Shown: positions 1 to 15,456 of the stretch, piece by piece
Layout of the letters: each line of letters opens with the position of its first letter
Numbering within the stretch: position 1 is the first letter of the stretch
NCBI RefSeq assembly: GCF_006345805.1
Contig: NC_042997.1
Span: forward strand, 120,900,001-120,964,000
Source of the DNA: Octopus sinensis
Taxonomy: Eukaryota
Direction: 5' to 3'
DNA length: 64,000 nucleotides
The notes under the pieces: model-generated
What the model was told of the DNA's origin: nothing
What the model saw: the letters and a program-made list of their open reading frames with translations, nothing else
Database searches by the model: none
Made by a program: the position numbers and the translations under genes

Positions 1-1770
1 ATGGAATTAAGTTTGATAGAATAAGTATTTAAATATTCTTGATGAAACTTGCGCAGGCTTTCTTTGTAATGAGTAGGATATTTTTGTTTAAAGGAATAGC
101 AATTATTTTCACAAGCAATAGTGACTTATACATTCAATACTGACTTATACATTCTGATAGAAATCTTTTGTATTTAAGGCAGGCATCATGGAAGTTGACG
201 TAAGTATGCTTATCCAAAAGTATTTCGTGTCATACAAACAGACGGAATTGTTTTATGAGCGAGCATATGTTTCCGTTTTCATTGAAAGTAGCAACGCATA
301 CATGAGGAGATACTACAACAGCCTAGGAGGCAATAAACGAAATTATTGAATAATAAGATTTGATTACAAAGATTAAAGTATATGACAAACTAAAGGAAAC
401 AAAAGTGGTTTACAATAATGTTAGTTTACAAAACAAATACCTTGATGGTCATTAGAAGACGATTTGAAAGCGATATATTTTTACAGATGTATTTGTCTGT
501 AAATTAGCAGCAACAAAACTGTTTAGACAATAAAAACATTCCGGAAAGATTTAATTATTCTAACGTCAGAAAATGACGTCCACAAAGTCTAAATATAATT
601 ACTAATTATTTTGCATGCAAATGACCAACGGCAACGTATTAGGGATTTATGAAATTTAATGAAGTCATTTGCTACTTCCTAAATATTCAATTAAAGATGA
701 TATTGCAGATAGAATTTTATTTATTTCTTGATTATGAAGCAGTGATTGAGCTAATCAGGACATGAATTAAAAAAAATTATATCTTACATCTGCCAATTGT
801 CTTGTGAGAAATTAGGCAATGAACAAAAGAAATTTCTAAGAGGAGGGGTATTAGTTGCGATACAGGATTTCAAATTGAATACGGAAATTTACATCTATGA
901 CAATAATATTTGTCAATATAATTCTAATATTCATTTTTTTGTTTCTATGTATAATGCATTTGATAAGTACCTTACAAATTTCACCACTGAAATTGAGAAG
1001 ATTATGTGTCTACTCCTATAAATTATTACATCCCAGAAATGGTATAGCACATGGTTAAACATGATTGCTTCTGAGAAAATTATTGCATCGTCTCTACCTC
1101 GGATACGAAAGAAACTTTAACACCAATTCTGCTCTACGAAATGTTTTAGACTATAAAAATAAAAATCTGTTTTATTAGTTATGTAACTTGCTTTCACTGT
1201 TCAAAGACAGTGTTATATTATATGTTAAACATTCAATCTTATCCAGAAATATCTACCACTGTTTATTTTAACCACAATTAGAATGTTTAACTCAGAATTA
1301 TCCACAGAACAGTAATTGTCTCTGAAAAACCACTAGGATGTGATGTGTGTAAATAAGTCAAATTTGTGTACATAATTTTACTTGTCTAGTATTGTCAGTT
1401 GTTGATTACATTGGTATTCAAACGTAATTTTGGATGATTAATGAGTCCAATGTGAGTGATTAATGTGAGTGCTGAACTCAATTCTTCATATAATTTGCAA
1501 TATTAATGAATGAGAAACTACCCTATAGCTCTATTTGGGAAAATTAAATGAAGGACACACACATTCCCCTAAAGTCATCAGGTATATATATGCTTGCCTG
1601 CTTTCGGTGTTATTCGCTTATATTATATATGTTCTTATTTACAATAATTAACATAGCATTGTTGGAATACATAGGACAATATATTGGAGTATGTATGCAA
1701 GTATGAGTTTATTCATAGCTGTATCGTTGGATGCATGTATGTGTATAGATGTATATATATATATATATAT

Positions 1771-1823
<53 letters not shown>

Positions 1824-2249
1824 TAACTCATAAGTGGTATACAAGTATATATTAAAAGAAAACTAGATACATTCGGGAGATATTTAATTCCATCACACAC
1901 ATGTTCGATTATACAATAGAAGTTATAAAAGTATACCTGAATATAAAATTTGTATAGATTATTTTGTTCGTCATACGTGAGACAAAGGTTTTAAAATGCT
2001 AGTCAATCTTTCTCAGAAGAATTACGAATAAAAAGATTCTATACTAAATTTTTCTTCCTGCATACTTTTGTAACATGGAATTAAAATATACTATATATCA
2101 CATTTTTCCAGTCTTATATTTTATATTTGAATATCTATAAATTAGAATTCACTAGATGTTTCAAATGATATGTATAGTGTATACAAACTATTACTGTAAG
2201 CAACTTGGGGACAAATCTTGCATAACACTTTACACACATATAGTAGTAT

Positions 2250-2338
<89 letters not shown>

Positions 2339-3189
2339 ATATATATGTACATATATATTTAAGAAGAATCAACCAACATCCTGCTACTGTTATACTACTC
2401 CCGTATTTTAGTATACTTTCTCTTATTCCCTCTTTTTCTTCTTTTTCTTCTTTTTCTTCCTCCTCACCTCCATCCTCGGATGCCCATGCTGCTTAAACAA
2501 TCAAAACCAAGAACTCATATCAAATATTCATTTATGACTGCTACTACCTACGATCTGTTATGAAGTCTCCACAGGAGTAAAGAAGAGAGAGACAGAGACC
2601 GAGAGAAAAAAGGAAAATTTCTCGTGCATTTGAAAACTATGGAAATATTTTTAAAAGACATTTCATTTAATTTTTCCACAATTTACTTGTCTTTCATGCT
2701 TTACTCTAAATTGAAAAAATCGCAAAGACTGAAACAAGGTACTGAAATGTTCTTCAACTTATATATATATATATATATTTGTATGTATGTACGTATGCAT
2801 GTATGTATGTATGTATGTATGTATGTATGTATGTATGTATGTATGTATGTATGTATGTATATATACATATATATACATAGATCAGTTAAACAATGTTAAA
2901 ACATAGTCTGATTTTCATGTTTGTTATTTATGGTATTTTAAAAAAATGCTGATGTGTCTCTTTTTAATGTTTAACAGATTTGAGCATTGGAAAAAAAAAT
3001 ACACTAATAAAAAACGTGGCAACCATACCATGTTTTAACTTTATTCAACAGATATATTATTCTATATACATTTACACAAATGTGCATGCGCAAACTTTTT
3101 TGTGTCTGTAGGTTCCGTCATTCGCCTGTAGTGATGCGTGACTACAAACGGGAAGCGTGTGCTTTGCATTTTTTTCTTCTTGAGTCAAG

Positions 3190-3846
3190 ATGTCTGGGCG
3201 CACTGAGCAAAAATGCTGTATCAAATTCTGCCAAAAATTTGGTGGTACGTATGTTCAGACCATCTAGAAGATTCAGAGGGCTTTTGAAGTTGATGCTATG
3301 GGAGAAACAGAAATAAAGAAGGGTACAACCGGTTCAAAGATGAACGCATCTCAATAGTTTGTAAGTATAAGCCATGAATATGCACCGCAATTAACCCAGA
3401 ATATTATCTGGGGGGTTCTTCGTCACCTTCGTGAAGCTGTGCGACGAAAAATAAACCAGACTTATGGGCAGCTAAGACTGACCACCCCACCATGACAACG
3501 TACCCGGCCATTCAACCCACATCGTTTAATCATTCCTCTTCAAACAAATCACACCACTACTCCCCACACTTGGCTCCGTGTAAGTTTTGACTATTTCCAA
3601 AGCTAAAAGAATGTACTCATAGGAGGGAAGATTGGAGTCAACAGGATACATTAAGGAAGTTTCGATGGCACAAATCTACTGCATCAAAAATAGGATTTCC
3701 AGAAATGTTTCCAGTAGTATCAAGATCGCTGGCAGAAGTGTGTAGACACCCAAGGGAAATACATTGAGGGAGACAATATGAAAATCGTGAGTTATTGACT
3801 ATTTGTCTTTTGACCGAAGGTCGAACTATTTTTTGACTACACGTCG
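3190..3846 (+). mobile_element. Internally deleted, decayed mariner transposon relic with right TIR
   Basis: From ATG 3190 it reads MSGRTEQKCCIKFCQKFG...IQRAFEVDAMGETEIK..YNRFKD (mariner N-terminal HTH). It then jumps to HHDNVPGH-like and LAPC-..LFPKLK-like catalytic remnants with stops and frameshifts. It ends ...TTTTGACTACACGTCG|TA. No left TIR found. Confidence 0.75.
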
Positions 3847-4132
3847 TATATATATATATATATATACGTCAAAAAGAAAATGGAGGGGATACAAAAATGA
3901 CATACATCAGCCTGTAGACATTCTATTGTGTCTATTTATTCTAAAACAAAAGAGAGTATTATAAAAATACATACACATGCGAAGTCTGTGTGCTACACAA
4001 ATATATAATAGAAATGCATAAAAGAGTAAAAGATTAAAAGATCAGTTCCTTACGGCCGTTTCTGACAGGAGGCCACAATATCCTCCATGCTACCTTCAGT
4101 GTTCTGAAGGGATGGGTAGATAGATTTTGGAT

Positions 4133-4162
4133 GTTGAGTTTGCCTCTAGGCTTCATCAGCGG
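4133..4162 (-). ncRNA. Degenerate minimal hammerhead ribozyme relic
   Basis: Minus strand reads CCG-CUGAUGA-A-GCC-UAGA-GGC-AAAC. Core and stem II are intact, but G12 is missing and stems I and III cannot be formed. Confidence 0.35.
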
Positions 4163-5470
4163 GTCTAAATGTTTAGAAGGGCCGATACATACAAGTGTCA
4201 GGTACTATTAGGTACAGTATATTTTTTCTTATTGAAGAGGGAATAAGAATAGGTGCAAGACTTAGAATGTGAGAGGTGCAAAATTATATAAAATGGATAA
4301 AGTATAGGAAAGAGAAATAAGTCATAAACTTCAAGCGTTGCCTTCCAAGTTTCATATATATATATATATGTGTGTGTCTGTGTGCGCGTGCGTGCGTGTT
4401 AATGTGAGTGTGTGTTTATGTGTGTGTATGTCCATATCTATTGCCGTGTATGTATCATGATATGTTATTCATGGAATATTGTAAACAAAATATACAAATC
4501 TAATGTTGAATCATTTATTCAGTATTAATAGTAATATTTTGTGTTTCTAGGCAGTTTTATTTCATAGTATATTCATGTTTTCTAAAACATTTATTTGGTA
4601 ATTTAATAATCTACGTTAATAAATTTAGCTTAATGTTCATCTTCACACCTTTACATTAAAAGTTGTTTTATAGCTTGTATATTGAAACTTCCGACACTCT
4701 TAACGGGTTGTTTATTAGACATATATATTAGTATAACAGCAGAAAAAGACGCCATGTGAATTGATATAAACGTGGCATGAAGATTATATTTTCGCCTAAC
4801 CGTTATGTAAAGACATTTCCTGATGACATTTATGGAATGATTCATGTGAATCATAGCCTTACATTCTAAATTACGAGCACAAAAAGTGATAATTCGAAGT
4901 TTTCTGTTCTTCTGTATTCAATTCAAGGAACTAAACAGAGGACCAGAGAAAACAATGAAAGAGTTAGTGTTCTACACATAGTATGATAAATATAAATATT
5001 TCTCTCGCAGATTTTGTGTGCATATAACGGTTGGAATTATAGTAGGTTAGTCATGGTTATTAATTGAAACAATAACGATACACTTTCCTATTTGCTCATG
5101 AATTACACATCCCTTATTAAGGTATATAAATTATGATGAATGGCAAACGAAATATTTAATGAGTACGCGTAAATTGCAGAAGATGTTAGGAATAAAACAA
5201 CGATATTTACAATGTCATAGAGTTTCCGAAAGCTCTCGATTGACCGAAGTCGACAACAGTGCCGAATATCGCTTGGAACAGTTGTATAGGTCTCAATCAA
5301 AGGAGCTATTATATCAAAAGATTCCAAGATAAAATAATTCAGTATTTCTTTTGGGGTAATATACGCAGAGCTACCGGGTGCATAAGGACATTTTCAGATA
5401 CATGGAGTACAGATAGTTACCACCATACACATATAGAGTAGTTGTCTCCAAGAAATTATCTACGGTATAT

Positions 5471-5575
5471 CAGGTACAGACTGTGTGGTAGAAGTTTGCT
5501 TCCCAACCACACGGTTTCGAATTCAGTTCCACTATGTGGTCCTTTATGCAAGTGAAATCTACTATAGCATTGGCT
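5471..5575 (+). mobile_element. Degraded head of tRNA-derived SINE family A
   Basis: CTGTGTGGTAGAAGTTTGCTTCCCAACCACACGGTTTCGAATTCAGTTCCACT...GCAAGTG..CTACTATAGC aligns by eye to the family A head at 38177. Confidence 0.7.
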
Positions 5576-8217
5576 ATATGGGTAGTATACGCAATCCTGT
5601 AGAACGCATAAGATTTTGAGACGCAAAGGGCTTCATTGGTGACAGATTAAGTGACATGTTCACTGGAAACGCCTTGCTTTGGAATAATGTGAACCTTATA
5701 CCCTTCTCACAAATATCGAGTGTTCTATTCAAGCTTAAGATATATTTCAAATACTAGAAAATTAGATGTATTTTGCATTTACATTTCTGAACCTGAATAT
5801 CAGAAACGCGAAATTCACATCCACTAAATTTACCCACAGAGTATGGCAGTGGCATGGATACCGTAATGGAATTTACTAGTTTGGAAGTTATTTTCACTTC
5901 GCTACCTTTAATACGGAAATCATCACGAGTGTAAAGTGGGAAAATACCTATGGAAATATGGCATAGAGAATAAAATTCCTTCCCGTGTTATAGAGTCTCA
6001 CAGCGCTAGTTTCCCTGATTATTTGGCATCTATACTCCCTACTTAACAGGCCGCCGTCCAACGTAGAAATACTCATTTTTGTCAGCTGAGTGAAGTGGAG
6101 CAACGTGAAAACTTATGGGTCCAGTACTCTAGATACTGACACACACACACACCTCTACAATAGATACACACACAAACACACATACACTCACACGTACACA
6201 CATGCGCGCGCGCATATATATGATTACAGTAGGATCTACTCACAACCTATCGCTAACGAAAATGAAATCATTCCCTACAAATATAGGAAACGAGCGACTG
6301 AAGGTTCACTGGCACTGCAATCAGTCCTCCGGCTGAATAAAATTCCCTTTGCATATAACAGAAGAGTATATTCAAATAGCTACCTATCTATCATATCTAA
6401 TTTTAATACATCGACAAAACCATATTTACTGCGGCATTTAATGATCAACAATGATTCCCACCTCACTCGTCACTACCCAGGACGATTTTCGCTTGCCTCT
6501 CAAATGGTTTGCTTCTAAAGCTCACTATATGCATCTGACATTCGTTTCTCCGGACGAATCCCACAATAAATGTACTTTCTCAAAATCTATGATACGCAAA
6601 TGTGAACATGTATATATAGGTGTGTGTGAGTGTGTGCCTCTGTCTGTATATGCACATATGTTTACACTCACAAACACACGTATATATGCATATGTATACG
6701 TATGCGGTTTATATACCATTACATCCGGTATGGATACTTTAGAAAATTATATTCTATATTTAAGATGTTAAATTATGATTTTATGATGAACTTCCCTCAT
6801 TTCTGATAAAAAGTACGTTACATATATTATATATTATTTTTCCTCAGTCATTCTATTCATGGCAGAGGTCTACAGGGAAGACTTTCAAGATATGTTTAGT
6901 ATTTTCTAGACATTTATCGATCAATTATATATTAAAATATATGAGAAGATATATTTGTTTATGTTGCAATTAAGTTAGTTCTGAATTGTGCTGCTCTTTT
7001 ATAGAACACTACATTACAGGCTGACATTTCTATTGAGATTATTACTCTGCGGGTCTTCACACGTAATTCTACAAGGTTGGAAATGTCATATTAGACGCAG
7101 TAGATTATAAAAATGAATGAGAAGCGTATCGAGTCTGAAAATCCATTAAGAAAATTTGTTATTGATATCTTTCTGTTAAATAGACACATAATAGATGTTA
7201 TTCCCTAGATGTCTCTACCATACTGACAAACATCAAATTCTTCTAACTTATGAGAATTGAATAGAAACATAACACGATATGCTCTTATAGACAGAATTGG
7301 CGCCAATAACATATGAAAGGCCAATAATTTTGCATCGCTTTGGCGACAAATTGTCAAAATATCATTACGCAGAGTGTTGTACAAATCGCATTCAGGTCGG
7401 TCCAAGTGTGACACGGAGAAGCAGTAGTGTGAACAAATGTCTTACATGTGAATACAATTTATGCTACTATCGTTAACAGGTCCTTATGCCCAAATCCAAA
7501 TAAGATATCTGCTCAAAGTGTAGGCTATATTATATCCCTTAAATTCAACCTTACTAATCAGTTTCGCACTAACTATTTAACCAGGTGTACAATAGCAGCT
7601 GGGTTGTAAAACATAATGTACTCGTCAACGCTATATAGTGTGGAAAAATATGGCGACTGTTTTATTTACTTATTTATTTATTGAGGTAGAAAGGCACATC
7701 CAATTCATGAGTTCTGTGAAAAAAGACGAAATGACATGAACAAGCGTTTCATGAAAGGATATTTCGCTTGATACCAAAAAGCCCAGGGAAGTTGTAAGTG
7801 AAAGCTTTCTGGAAATGTGTATGCCGGCTGGTAATTGTGTAGAATTATTATATGCGTAGAAGTTTTAGTAGGGATGGGGTGTTGGGCGATTGTCCAATCG
7901 CTTAACCCCATGTCAGAGCACATACGTACCTTTGTGTACCTTTCTGTGTTTTGATTACATATACAGTAGAACCTCGCATTACGGGTGTCCCATTGTACTA
8001 GTAATTTGATGTACGAGCCAAGAATCGCCCTTCTTGAACGTAATTCTGTGAATAAAACCAGTTTACATATTTCTTTTGAATTTTCTTTTTTATAATTGTC
8101 CTTTCACTTCGAACTACACTATTCTATTATTAATGAAATGTTTTCATTGATCGATCAAATGGAGCCGCGTCAAACGACCGTAATGCACTGATACTCAGAA
8201 ATCCTTTTTACTTAATT

Positions 8218-8255
<38 letters not shown>

Positions 8256-9241
8256 GTGTGCATTGGCCTAAGCATACTGCTGTATTTATTTAAAGATATG
8301 CATTTATCAAACTGGTTATAAAGAATAAGTTTAAGTAGATTATCAATAATGACGACAGGCGGAACGCAGAATATATAAAGAGTACAAAAATTCCGATTAT
8401 AATTGTATGTAACTATCATCAAAAGGAGTAAAGCTATAAAAGATCCTGCTTGCTTTACCACACATAAATAGGCTTCTGGGGAAATTGAATTGATCAAGAA
8501 TATCCTGAATATTAAACCACATGTAAAGGATTTGCAGTTTGAACCCCAGCCCAAATTGCTCGCTACGATACATACCATACCGAGCAATGATTTTGACAAT
8601 GACATTTAGACTTACAATATTTTCTGAAATAAAAAAATAGTACATAATCACATGAAAGGAAGGTTCAGTTCTTATGTCAAGATTAACGACGATCTCAAGA
8701 ATCATGTCCAATCTAGACAAGAATATATAATACATAATTAGCTACCAATACAAAATGCATCAAATTGAATCTCATGTACAGACTTATTGAACGCCGTAAT
8801 AAATATAATGGGAAGACAGTAGGCATATTTTAAACCGTGTTGTTAAAAGCTCTATTTCATAACGTGCACTACTAGTGATGTGAATATATTAGATGCATAC
8901 GTGGATATATGCCCACTGAGTTCGAGAAATTTTAACCATCTATTTCCTTGAACGCTCTCAGATTAATGGAAGAGTATTCCGCGTTTAAATAATAACATCA
9001 TATGTATTATTAATGGCATCATAAACTCGCTGCATTTGAACACAGATGCTGCATGGATGAATAATATTTGCGATCCCTTTTAAGCTTGCATTGAGCCTTT
9101 CAACTCTGTAGATATTGAAAATGTAGATGCCTGTTAAACGTTTCGTCATACGGAGAGCATACTTCACAACATGAAAGCGAGAAAGTATGAGAGAGAGAAA
9201 AAGACAGAAATAGATAGAAAGATGGTGATGGAAAGAGAGGT

Positions 9242-9279
<38 letters not shown>

Positions 9280-9532
9280 TACACAGATGGTATCTCGTAT
9301 TTTTCAGTTAGTATTAATGATCACAAATTAGAGACTTTTAGTAAGTACTTCATCATTACTTTAGAAGAATTATGATATAAAATTGCTGAATACTTATTCA
9401 AGTATGCAGTGATATTATGTCATAATTCATGAAATAATATATCAACCAGATTGGATCATTAGATATTAAAGGAATCAATAATAAATTCGGTAGAGTATTC
9501 AATGATCAATGTTTTGGTTTTGCCGATAGATG

Positions 9533-9780
9533 CAGGAGTGGCTGCGTGGTAAAAAGATAACTTCCCGACGAAATAATCCCGGATTAAGTGGAACTTTGAG
9601 CAAATGTCTTCTACTACAGCTGTGGGCGGACCAAAGCACCGTGAGCGCAGATTTTGCTGACGGTAACAAAAAGAAGCCCGCGTGTGTGTATGTATGTGTG
9701 TGAGTTGATATTGCTAGACGTTAGGATAAACGCGGGGCGATGCTCCAGCATGGTCATAACGTGTGAGCTAAAACTAGGAT
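9533..9780 (+). mobile_element. SINE family A, degraded short variant
   Basis: GCAGGAGTGGCTGCGTGGTAA head, GAGCAAATGTCTTCTACTACAGC body, AAGAAGCCCG followed by (TG)n, and a GATGCTCCAGCATGG tail, as in the other A copies. Confidence 0.7.
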
Positions 9781-9789
9781 AATTCAATT

Positions 9790-9957
<168 letters not shown>

Positions 9958-10516
9958 AGATGGAGTTTACCTGTAATTTTCTTGTTTATTGTTTTTCGTG
10001 GTCCCTACATAGAGATTTATTAATCCAACGAATTATATATTCTAGACACGAAAAAAAAACATTAAAAAATACAGATTTACGTACTCTTTATATGTGTTTG
10101 TGTGTGTGTGTGTGTGTGTGTGAACTGAATTGAACTAGTTTTAGCAAAATCAATGAGTGAACAATTATCTCCTCTAACAATGTTTTTTTTTATTTCCCCC
10201 TTAGCAACATTTCTTTTACAGCACTCAGCTTGATGAGCAATGCGAAACTGGTCCTTACTTCAGTTATGCTGAACGAAAAAAACCTCATTTTGTAAAAAAA
10301 TTGTATATCTTTATTATGATGGCTCTAATAGACACTTAAATCCTGTAAAACAAATCTTGTTCTTTCATCTTTTCTTTTCCTACTTATATATGTGTGTGCG
10401 TGGGGGTGTGTAAAAATAATGGAACTGCATATCTCACATATGTTTTCATTCCTTCACTTCACTCTCTATTTCATATCTTCTCTAGAATAACTATTGCCTA
10501 AACATTTTCTCACACC

Positions 10517-10565
10517 GTCTCCGATGTATGGACATATAAAATATCCTGGAAACAGCTGTAAAAAC
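10517..10565 (+). ncRNA. Degenerate hammerhead relic, same family as 16787-16825
   Basis: GTCT-CCGATGT...AATATCCTG-GAAACAGCTGTAA shares the GTCT, AATATCC and GAAACAGCTGTAA blocks with the 16.8-kb motif. The core is mutated. Confidence 0.45.
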
Positions 10566-10805
10566 ATCTTTATAATTGTTTTGAACTCTTTCACAGCCTT
10601 GGATTTTTATCTCATTTTGTCATTTTTTTATATATACACGCATGCTGATATATGACCTACGTTGGACTCCTAATTCGCATAATCACCGAACCTGGAGTTG
10701 ATCTATAGTCTATCCATAGCATTTACTCAGTATTACCTGACACCTTTAGGTCTTCATGACACCATTACCTCTCATAACCTCGATACACATGCATATGCAT
10801 ATATA

Positions 10806-11583
<778 letters not shown>

Positions 11584-11611
11584 ATATACACGTATATGTG
11601 TGCGTATTTGT

Positions 11612-11805
11612 ATGTTTTTGTGTCTCTGATTTTCTACAGCACCGCTTGACAACCGGTTTTGGTCTTTTTATATCATTGTAACTTAGCAGTTCGTCAAAAT
11701 ATATTGATAGAACAAATGCCAGGCATCAAAATGAAAAAGTAGTGGGATCGATTCGTTCAGCTAAAAATTCTTCTACGAGGTGCCCCAGTGTGGTCGCAGT
11801 CAGCT
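11612..11805 (+). mobile_element. SINE family A 3' half
   Basis: After (TA)n it reads TTTGTGTCT...CCGCTTGACAACCGG...GTAACTTAGCAGTTCGTCAAAA...GATAGAA, matching the A tail at 38450-38650. Confidence 0.75.
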
Positions 11806-12772
11806 GTCAAATCAACGATAAACGATTTATTAATCTAACGGATGAATATATATATTCTACACACGAAAACTTCTTTCTCCACGTTTCATTTGAAAACATT
11901 AATGATGCTATTTAACCGTTAAATTTCTTTATCGACAACGTATGCAGTTCCCACATGAATCAAGTTACACTCTGACGCCAATGCATCGTCTGCGACCACA
12001 TATTTGAGCAAACAAACATTATAGAAACTATTGACTTCAGTGCAAAATGTTTAGCTATATATCATTAATCATGAATATATGCATTTTCTTGTCAGGAAAG
12101 ATGTACGCAATCCAGCAAAGATAAGTGAGAAAATCTTCAAACATCATTTAGAATTGTATCTGAAATGCCTGTGATAGGAATTACAAAGCTGCCTTTATAT
12201 TCGAACGTGAAAGGTCGCTACTCTAGAATCGCATAAAGTATAAGAAATAAATGAGGGTCACACTAATTTTAAAATGTTATTGTTCTTCATAGCTTGCAAT
12301 AAGAATTATACGTTAATTGAAAACTGTTTTCTGAAACCACCACAATGAAGAGAAATCACAAATTTTAATTAAAAAGCAGACATTTTAAACAACGAGATAA
12401 TTAATTCATTAAGATGACGGAGTTAATTTGATAAAGTATTACGTGATATATTTTATCGTGCCGGCCATAATGGAATACTACAACATCATTAGGTTTCCAG
12501 ATGTATGTTGTCACCGCGCCAAAAGCAATGCAACTGACAACGTTGATGGAGACTACCGGAACCTTGCGACACGTCGAATTATTGCCTTGCTATCCGCATG
12601 AACGTGATAAGTTACCTTTATGTGCCTGAGGAAAAGAATTGTATTGGTGTTCTAATAATGTGCAATGATATGCACAAATGGTATGAATTGACACGAATGT
12701 ATATTAGTGTGCCTATGAATTTCTATAGAGCTATACACCCACGCACATACGCACACACACACACACACACAC

Positions 12773-12817
<45 letters not shown>

Positions 12818-13435
12818 AATATGTATGTATATATCTACATACATAGTTCAATTATTGGGTTTTCAATCAATAGATTTGTGGGTATTCCATTTTAGATAAT
12901 GCAAAAAGAACGTACCGAATATTTATGATGCAAAACTCGTGGTATTTATATGCACATCAAAAAATAATACTTGGTAATAACACCTGTACAATAGCAGAGT
13001 ATATAATATACTAACTTAATTAGCCCTTACTTGAGTTCAAATTATAGTTAGAAAGGAACTATGTGTGTTTCTGTATTGGAAGATCAGAATATATGTAATC
13101 ATCAGATTTATAATTCTATCAACACCTTATTTTCCAAAATATTATTTAGCTATTTTAAATCACCATAACAATTAAGCGTTTAGATTAAAAATTAAAATCA
13201 AAATTAAACTTTACAAAATTAAGAATTAGGAATTGTAATTTATAAGTCAAAAATATAAATTAGCATACATAAATCTAACGTAGAATGTCAAATATAAAAT
13301 TATAAATCAGAATGAAGAAGTCTGTGATTAAATATAAAAAAATAAGATATATATCCACATGTGGTAGGTTCAAAATCGTGATATTGCTAATATTATTAGT
13401 GTTCTTTCTAGTATCGATATGAACGCGAGCTTTAC

Positions 13436-13565
<130 letters not shown>

Positions 13566-14868
13566 TAATTACAACTGGTCTAACAAAATCTGCTTCAGAA
13601 AAAACTAGAAAACACAGAAATTCATCGCTAACTTTACTCTTTCGAAACCTCCAACAGGACAGCAATTTTTTTGCATGTTACTTTAGATTTAAAATCTTCA
13701 CTATACATCCCGTATCATAATCTTTAATACATCAACACAGAATCTAGCCACTGTAAATCTACTTTCGAGTGCATAATCAAAAGCATATCCATCAGAATAT
13801 CCAATCTATTTCCCAATGAAAAAATCTACACTAACTAAACCAACTGCTTTAACCAAACTCTAGCTGCTAGTGGCCTCTCTCATAAAATTAGATTTATACC
13901 GAACACTTGACTTAAGGAACACAACCCTCCACAAATATTGGACATCTAACCTGTTCTACTAGGATAAGTCAATCTCGCCCACTTCGCACCTGCAAGCACA
14001 GCACTCAATCTACAAGCAGCAATACTAACACACTAACACTCACTAATACCAACTCTCTAACACTCACTAGGAAATAGACCTCCCCTAACCTGCCTACTAA
14101 AATCGGTGGGAGATCTATTCTCTGGTATACACCTCCATTCGTCTTAAAGGTTAATAGCCTTGCTAAAGGTTTCTTTAGAATAGTAGAATCCAATTCCTCA
14201 TGTAACCACAAGTACCATTCTATCTTTAACAGACCCACTTTGAAATTATCCTATTTACACCAAATATAGAATCTGTAGTCACTTTAGCGAATGAGCGTAA
14301 ACTTAGCTCTTAGTATCTAAATACATACAACCCTACCATAGACCTACACAATGAAAATACTAACATCGATTGCAATAACATATCTAATACCCATGGCCCG
14401 ACCAACTTTAAACATCTTAAACATACATAGTATAATACCCACCTCTGAGGGTAACAGGTGCACACCTGAAACCAACGCAAACACTAATAGGCACACTGAT
14501 ATTAACAATATTAAATACATTATAACCACTACAACAAATAAAACATATACTTCAATTACTAATAGAAATTGCAATAGCATTAATACTAACATCAACGGCA
14601 ATATTACCATTACTAATAACCGTACTATTATTAACACACCTACCACTAACGCAACTACATCATTAATAACACCACCAATATTAACACTACCACTTATGAT
14701 TTTACTACTGCCCCTACTGTTGCTGCAACTACTGCCGCCGCTGCTACTACTACTATTACTACTAGTAGTAGTAGCAGTACTACTACTGCTGTTGCTACTA
14801 CTACTACTACTACAACTACTACTACTGCTGCTGCTGCTACTACTATTACTACTACTACTACTACTACT

Positions 14869-14911
<43 letters not shown>

Positions 14912-14926
14912 TAATAATAATAATAA

Positions 14927-15456
14927 AGTGGCTCTCATGGCTTCTGATCTTAACTGATTGCAAGTGTTATCATGTACATTGTTTTGTCTTGGTATAAAAG
15001 ATGGGCTACAGCAAATATTCTGCTCAATACCACAGATTTGCTTGTCAGTTGTTTCACCTTAACCAGTTGAGCATTTCCCTTAGTGGCTGACGATATGTGC
15101 ATCTCTGATCACGAGCAGAAGTCGTGGGGGAGCATCATAGCCATGTGTTGAGAAGGATTCTTTGGGGTTTGAATAATTCACCTCTGGAAACATGGGTGGT
15201 TCTTTCAACATCCTTAATCCTTATTCAGGGACCTTTTGAGCGGGATGGGCTACTCAACCTGAAGAAAATTCTAACTGGGCCCCACCTGCAAGGTCATGTG
15301 CTGTTTATCTTGATATGAGATCACCATGTCGCGCACATATGGTTGTTCTGCATGTGCCTGGTGTACCTTTATCAGACGGGTAGTCATGATGGGTATATTG
15401 GGCTTCGTATATTTTACCCCAGTTTCACTTTGATGGCATGCACTGCTCTCTCACTC
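14927..15456 (+). mobile_element. Element E: about 530-bp non-coding interspersed repeat flanked on both sides by (AAT)n
   Basis: A second, inverted, 5'-truncated copy lies at 62054-62500. Both copies end ...GCACTGCTCTCTCAC(T/A)C followed by (AAT)n. Confidence 0.85.

Noticed and set aside
2156-2496. ORFs reading IYIYIY, HTHTHT, VCVCVC or poly-I/L/N here and throughout the ORF track
   Set aside because: They are translations of (TA)n, (CA)n and (AAT)n microsatellites and show no coding signal.
9127-9175. HHR-like UUGUGAA-GUAUGC...GUAUGAC-GAAACGUU on the minus strand
   Set aside because: The core lacks a base and stem II is bulged. No second copy in the window supports it.
10232-10258. UUGAUGA-GCAAUGC-GAAACUGGUC motif
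   Set aside because: Stem II is only 2-3 bp and there is no convincing stem I. It could equally be chance or part of a small exon after the nearby TTTTACAG.
12498-12630. Possible plus-strand exon after TTTCCAG with a Cys-spaced reading
   Set aside because: No recognisable domain, no convincing donor, and no partner exons.
14351-14914. 187-aa Thr/Asn/Leu-rich ORF
   Set aside because: Low-complexity triplet-repeat linker within the decayed PLE, with no independent protein signature.
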